The notes under the pieces: generated by a model | Seen by the model: only the letters and a program-made list of their open reading frames with translations | The model's database searches: none | What the model was told of the DNA's origin: nothing | NCBI GenBank assembly: GCA_963764625.1 | Contig: CAVXTH010000006.1 | Span: 544,001 to 608,000 of the forward strand | Source: Candidatus Krumholzibacteriota bacterium | GTDB lineage: Bacteria; Krumholzibacteriota; Krumholzibacteriia; JAJRXK01 | DNA: 64,000 nucleotides | Reading direction: 5' to 3' | Part shown: piece after piece, positions 61,048 to 64,000 of the stretch | How the letters are laid out: every line of letters starts with the position of its first letter | Numbering within the stretch: the first letter of the stretch is position 1 | Position numbers and translations under genes: made by a program

Positions 61048-61758
61048 ACCGTATATTAACTCCTGCTTTGAATGCCTTCTTACACCCACGAGCCGATCTA
61101 CGCGTCCCTCCGCTGCGCGCCGCCTACGCTCTGCTTCGCAGGAGCGTCCGGATCCGTTTGGAAGGCCGTCTCGAGGCCTTGGAAGCAGCACGCCAGGGAT
61201 CACCGCGGATCTTTGCCTGCCGGCACGGTCAGCTCTTGCCGTTACTCTTCGCGGTCGAGCCCTACGGTCTCAGCATCGTGATCAGCAAGAGCCGCGATGG
61301 AGAGCTTCTGGCCGCACTGCTTGGCCCCTATGGTTTCGGATTCGTGCGGGGAAGCAGCTCCCTCGGGGGCCGAGTGGCCGCCCTGCAGGCCATGCGCGTG
61401 CTGGCGGGCGGCGCCAGTTTGGGAATCGCGGTGGATGGACCTCACGGACCTCGCGGTATGGTTCAGGAGGGGATCCTCCGTCTGGCCCGGCGCGCGGAGG
61501 TTCCCATCGTGCCCCTGGTGGCCAAAGGAAGCGCCAGAATCGTGCTGCGGCGGAGCTGGGATCACTTCGAACTTCCCCTGCCCGCCACCAGCGTGAAGGT
61601 CGAGGTCAAGAGTCCGGTCCTGGTGGGAATGGGGAGCCGAGGGTCTGAACGTGGCCGGCCGCAACTTGGCGGCACGTCTCGAGGGGAACTGGAAGGAGAC
61701 GGTCGCGCTGAACCCACCACCCCCGGCGCGTTCCTCCTATGGACATTCTGGATCGTAG
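61044..61758 (+). CDS. DUF374 family acyltransferase (LpxJ-like); probable frameshift near 61632
   Basis: HG.LL, ISKSRDGE, VRGSSS.GG, DGPHGP, SWD.F.LP.P. Shifting frame at the G run 61631-61634 gives GAEGLNVAGRNLAARLEG...* ending at 61758, overlapping the lpxK start. Confidence 0.75.
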
Positions 61759-62755
61759 AAGCTGGCCGGAGCGCTTGCTCAGCGCCCTGGACGAGAGCGA
61801 CAATCCCTGGTCGCTTTTTTTCGAGCCGCCTTCGTGGGCATACCGTTGTGCCGCCTCGTGCGAGCGCAGGCTGCGGCCGCGCCGAAGCCTCCCCGAGCAT
61901 GTTTTCAGTGTCGGCATAGGCAACCTGCGGGTGGGAGGAACCGGAAAGACCCCACTGGTCGGCTGGTTGGGTGGTGAGCTCAGCCAGAGAGGATTTCGCT
62001 GCGCGATCGTCAGCCGGGGATATCGCGCGCACGGGGGGGGCGACGAGCCGGAGTGGCTGAAGCAGCGGACCGGGGCCGCTGTCATCCTCGATTCGAATCG
62101 TCGCCGGGCCTTCGGGCGCGCGCTCCGTGAAGGAGCGCAAATCGTGATTCTCGATGATTCCCTCCAGGCCCGCGACCGGGCGTCGCTACAGATCGGCGTT
62201 CTACTGGCCCGGGACCTGATGAGCCCACCGCGCGTACTTCCCGCGGGTCCCGCCCGGGAATCGATGAATGCCCTCTCGCGTTGCCAGCTTCTTTTGGTGC
62301 GCCTTGAAACGGGCGACCCTTTGAAGGAGCGGCTGGCCGAAGTAGCGCAAGCATACTGTGAGCAGGTGTATTTCTTTCGTCTTGTGCCACGGCAGCTCGT
62401 GCGGGCAAAGGGGGAAACGGCGGAACTTGCCGAACTGACAAGGCTGGGAACTTGCCTCCTGGTGAGTGGCCTGGCGCGACCGGAATCCTTTGAAGCGGAT
62501 GCGCGCGAGACGGGAGCGCAGGTGGTAGCAAGTCTACGCTACTCCGACCATGCATCGTTCGACCCGAAACGGGCGCGGGAGATCGAGGGGATCGCTCACG
62601 AGCGAGAGGCGCGCGCGCTCCTCTGCCCCGAGAAGAACCTCACCCGGCTCGCGGCACTTGGGCTCTCCCTGCCGTTGTGGGCGCTTCGTTCTCAGATCGA
62701 ATGGGAAGGGGAGGATCCCCTGCCGTGGGTTCTGCAGGCCGCGGGCGCCAAATAA
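61739..62755 (+). CDS. lpxK: Tetraacyldisaccharide 4'-kinase
   Basis: IGNLRVGGTGKTP, VSRGY, GDEP, LDDSLQ, LPAGPARE, GLARPESF, SDH, PEKN. Confidence 0.9.
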   Translation: MDILDRRSWPERLLSALDESDNPWSLFFEPPSWAYRCAASCERRLRPRRSLPEHVFSVGIGNLRVGGTGKTPLVGWLGGELSQRGFRCAIVSRGYRAHGGGDEPEWLKQRTGAAVILDSNRRRAFGRALREGAQIVILDDSLQARDRASLQIGVLLARDLMSPPRVLPAGPARESMNALSRCQLLLVRLETGDPLKERLAEVAQAYCEQVYFFRLVPRQLVRAKGETAELAELTRLGTCLLVSGLARPESFEADARETGAQVVASLRYSDHASFDPKRAREIEGIAHEREARALLCPEKNLTRLAALGLSLPLWALRSQIEWEGEDPLPWVLQAAGAK

Positions 62756-62787
62756 AAGCGCGGCGAGTCCCAGAGGACCCGCCGCGC
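62752..62787 (-). terminator. Terminator for the minus-strand lipoprotein gene
   Basis: Minus strand GCGCGGCGGGTCC-TCTG-GGACTCGCCGCGC then TTTTAT. Confidence 0.7.
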
Positions 62788-62813
62788 GAGGGGCTTCCGA
62801 ATGTGCGCTTATG

Positions 62814-63398
62814 TCAATTGATGACGACGCCGATGAATTGCACCGGAATGGACGCGCCGAAGGAGTAGATGGTCGAGGTCGAACCCGACTCGTGTCCGGT
62901 AAAGGTCACCTTCGCCTGCGCAAAGAAGGGCGGATCGCCAGTGGCCAGTCCTTGCAGGAAGGGCTGCAATTTCATGTCAAAGGTCACCAGAGGGATGGCG
63001 AATTCGGCATCGGTGCCGCGCTTCACGAGCTGGCTGAAATCGAAGGCACGATCGTAGGCCGGCAGTTGGTCCGCGGCCGTTCCCAGGACCAGCGGTTGCC
63101 ACTGGACCGTCACGCGATCGATGACGAAGGCGCCGAAGGGATCCGTTTCGGTCGCGGTGGTGAATTCGTTGTAGGCCCGGTTGCGAACGATGACCTTCAC
63201 GCTTCCCTCGGGAATGAAGTCGTCGGCGGTGCCGACGGTCTCGTCGCTGCCCGGATCGAGCTGCGCATCCACCACGGGAGCGCCGTCGTTGACGGAGACG
63301 ACCTCCATCACGCTGCGGCCGATGCCGTTATCGGAACAGCCCGCGAAAAGAAACAGACTCAGGCCCACGACTAGAAGTAGATGAACTTTGGTACGCAC
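62814..63398 (-). CDS. Hypothetical beta-rich lipoprotein (194 aa)
   Basis: GTG at 63398 with RBS GGGAGGA; MRTKVHLLLVVGLSLFLFAGC lipobox; has its own terminator. Confidence 0.8.
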   Translation of the reverse strand: MRTKVHLLLVVGLSLFLFAGCSDNGIGRSVMEVVSVNDGAPVVDAQLDPGSDETVGTADDFIPEGSVKVIVRNRAYNEFTTATETDPFGAFVIDRVTVQWQPLVLGTAADQLPAYDRAFDFSQLVKRGTDAEFAIPLVTFDMKLQPFLQGLATGDPPFFAQAKVTFTGHESGSTSTIYSFGASIPVQFIGVVIN

Positions 63399-63490
63399 GG
63401 AAGTCCTCCCCTGCACGGCACCTGTGGCCGTGAAGTTGGAAAAAGCCAATCGAGACCCAAAAGCGCCGTCCCGGGTCACGTCTCCTGGGC

Positions 63491-63506
63491 AGCAAGGCGT
63501 ATGCCA
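63491..63506 (-). promoter_or_regulatory. Putative sigma54 -24/-12 promoter
   Basis: Minus strand TGGCATACGCCTTGCT fits TGGCAYR-N4-TTGCW; AT-rich IHF-like stretch just upstream (63520-63546). Confidence 0.65.
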
Positions 63507-63713
63507 CCGGAACTGGGGATCTAATCGGATTGATTCCAAGGGGATACAGCGCTGTACGAGCTCGCGGCGCGGCGCCACTGCGGCAGCTTGCGCAGATCTC
63601 GCCTCCAAGGGGCTGCAAGCTGCAATTCGGGACTCGGGGTCCTCGATGCTTCCCCTTTCGCCATCGAGCGCCCTTTGGCCTACTCTATGGGCGCTAATAG
63701 CGAAAGGATCCCG

Positions 63714-64000
63714 ATGCGATCGCTCAGCTCCTCGGTGGATGTCCTGGTCATCGGAAGCGGACTGGCTGGCCTGCGGGCGGCCCTGAGCCTGGCCAAGACC
63801 GCCAAAGTGCGCCTGGTGACTAAGGCACGCGACCACCACAGCAACACCAATCGGGCCCAGGGCGGCATCGCGGCGGTGTTGGGCTCCGATGACGATTTCG
63901 CCCTCCATGTCGCAGATACGCTCACGGCCGGTGCTGGCCTCTGCCACGAAGATCGGGTCCGGGCGATGGTCGAGAACGCTCCCCGTCTCATCGATGGCTT
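63714..64000 (+). CDS. nadB: L-aspartate oxidase (3' partial)
   Basis: Hand translation MRSLSSSVDVLVIGSGLAGLRAAL...SNTNRAQGGIAAV...HVADTLTAGAGLC; RBS GAAAGGA. Confidence 0.9.
   Translation, partial: MRSLSSSVDVLVIGSGLAGLRAALSLAKTAKVRLVTKARDHHSNTNRAQGGIAAVLGSDDDFALHVADTLTAGAGLCHEDRVRAMVENAPRLIDG

Overview
A GC-rich (about 64% by eye), almost entirely plus-strand housekeeping and cell-envelope region from a diderm, LPS-producing bacterium. The lpxC-fabZ fusion, a DUF4837-like lipoprotein, mcsA-mcsB-clpC and the type IV pilus genes together suggest an FCB-group lineage such as Krumholzibacteriota, Latescibacterota or Eisenbacteria (inference). Gene order: pilP-pilQ, aroC-aroK, rsmD-coaD-pta-aminotransferase-obgE-dprA-lpxL, DUF3467 (minus strand), rfaE1-rfaE2-sucCD-ndk, yceD-rpmF-plsX-fabD-fabG-acpP-fabF-rnc, Cys-rich orphan-mog-TPR-lipoprotein, ECF sigma/anti-sigma, DUF4837, aroB-TPR-aroQ-efp-accB-pilT-accC-thiE-ftsK-rimO, two envelope hypotheticals-bamD-nadD-polA-coaE-prfB-lysS-lolC/E-lolD-mcsA-mcsB-clpC, bamA-skp-lpxD-lpxC/fabZ-lpxA-lpxB-DUF374-lpxK, an orphan lipoprotein (minus strand) and the start of nadB. 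I found no rRNA, tRNA, CRISPR array, prophage or IS element. Several frameshifts (pilQ, the TPR gene, polA, DUF374), mostly at homopolymer runs, look like long-read assembly errors; the prfB frameshift is the genuine programmed one. I cannot point to a clear-cut new system. The best leads are: (1) two orphan genes, a Cys-rich protein and a beta-rich lipoprotein, each behind a near-consensus sigma54 promoter; (2) an ECF sigma whose putative autoregulatory promoter recurs with identical spacing upstream of bamA-skp-lpx; (3) a CtsR-less McsAB-ClpC module between the Lol and Bam/Lpx genes; (4) a pilT cassette splitting accB-accC; (5) a possibly split polA. All family assignments come from motif recognition by eye; no searches were run.
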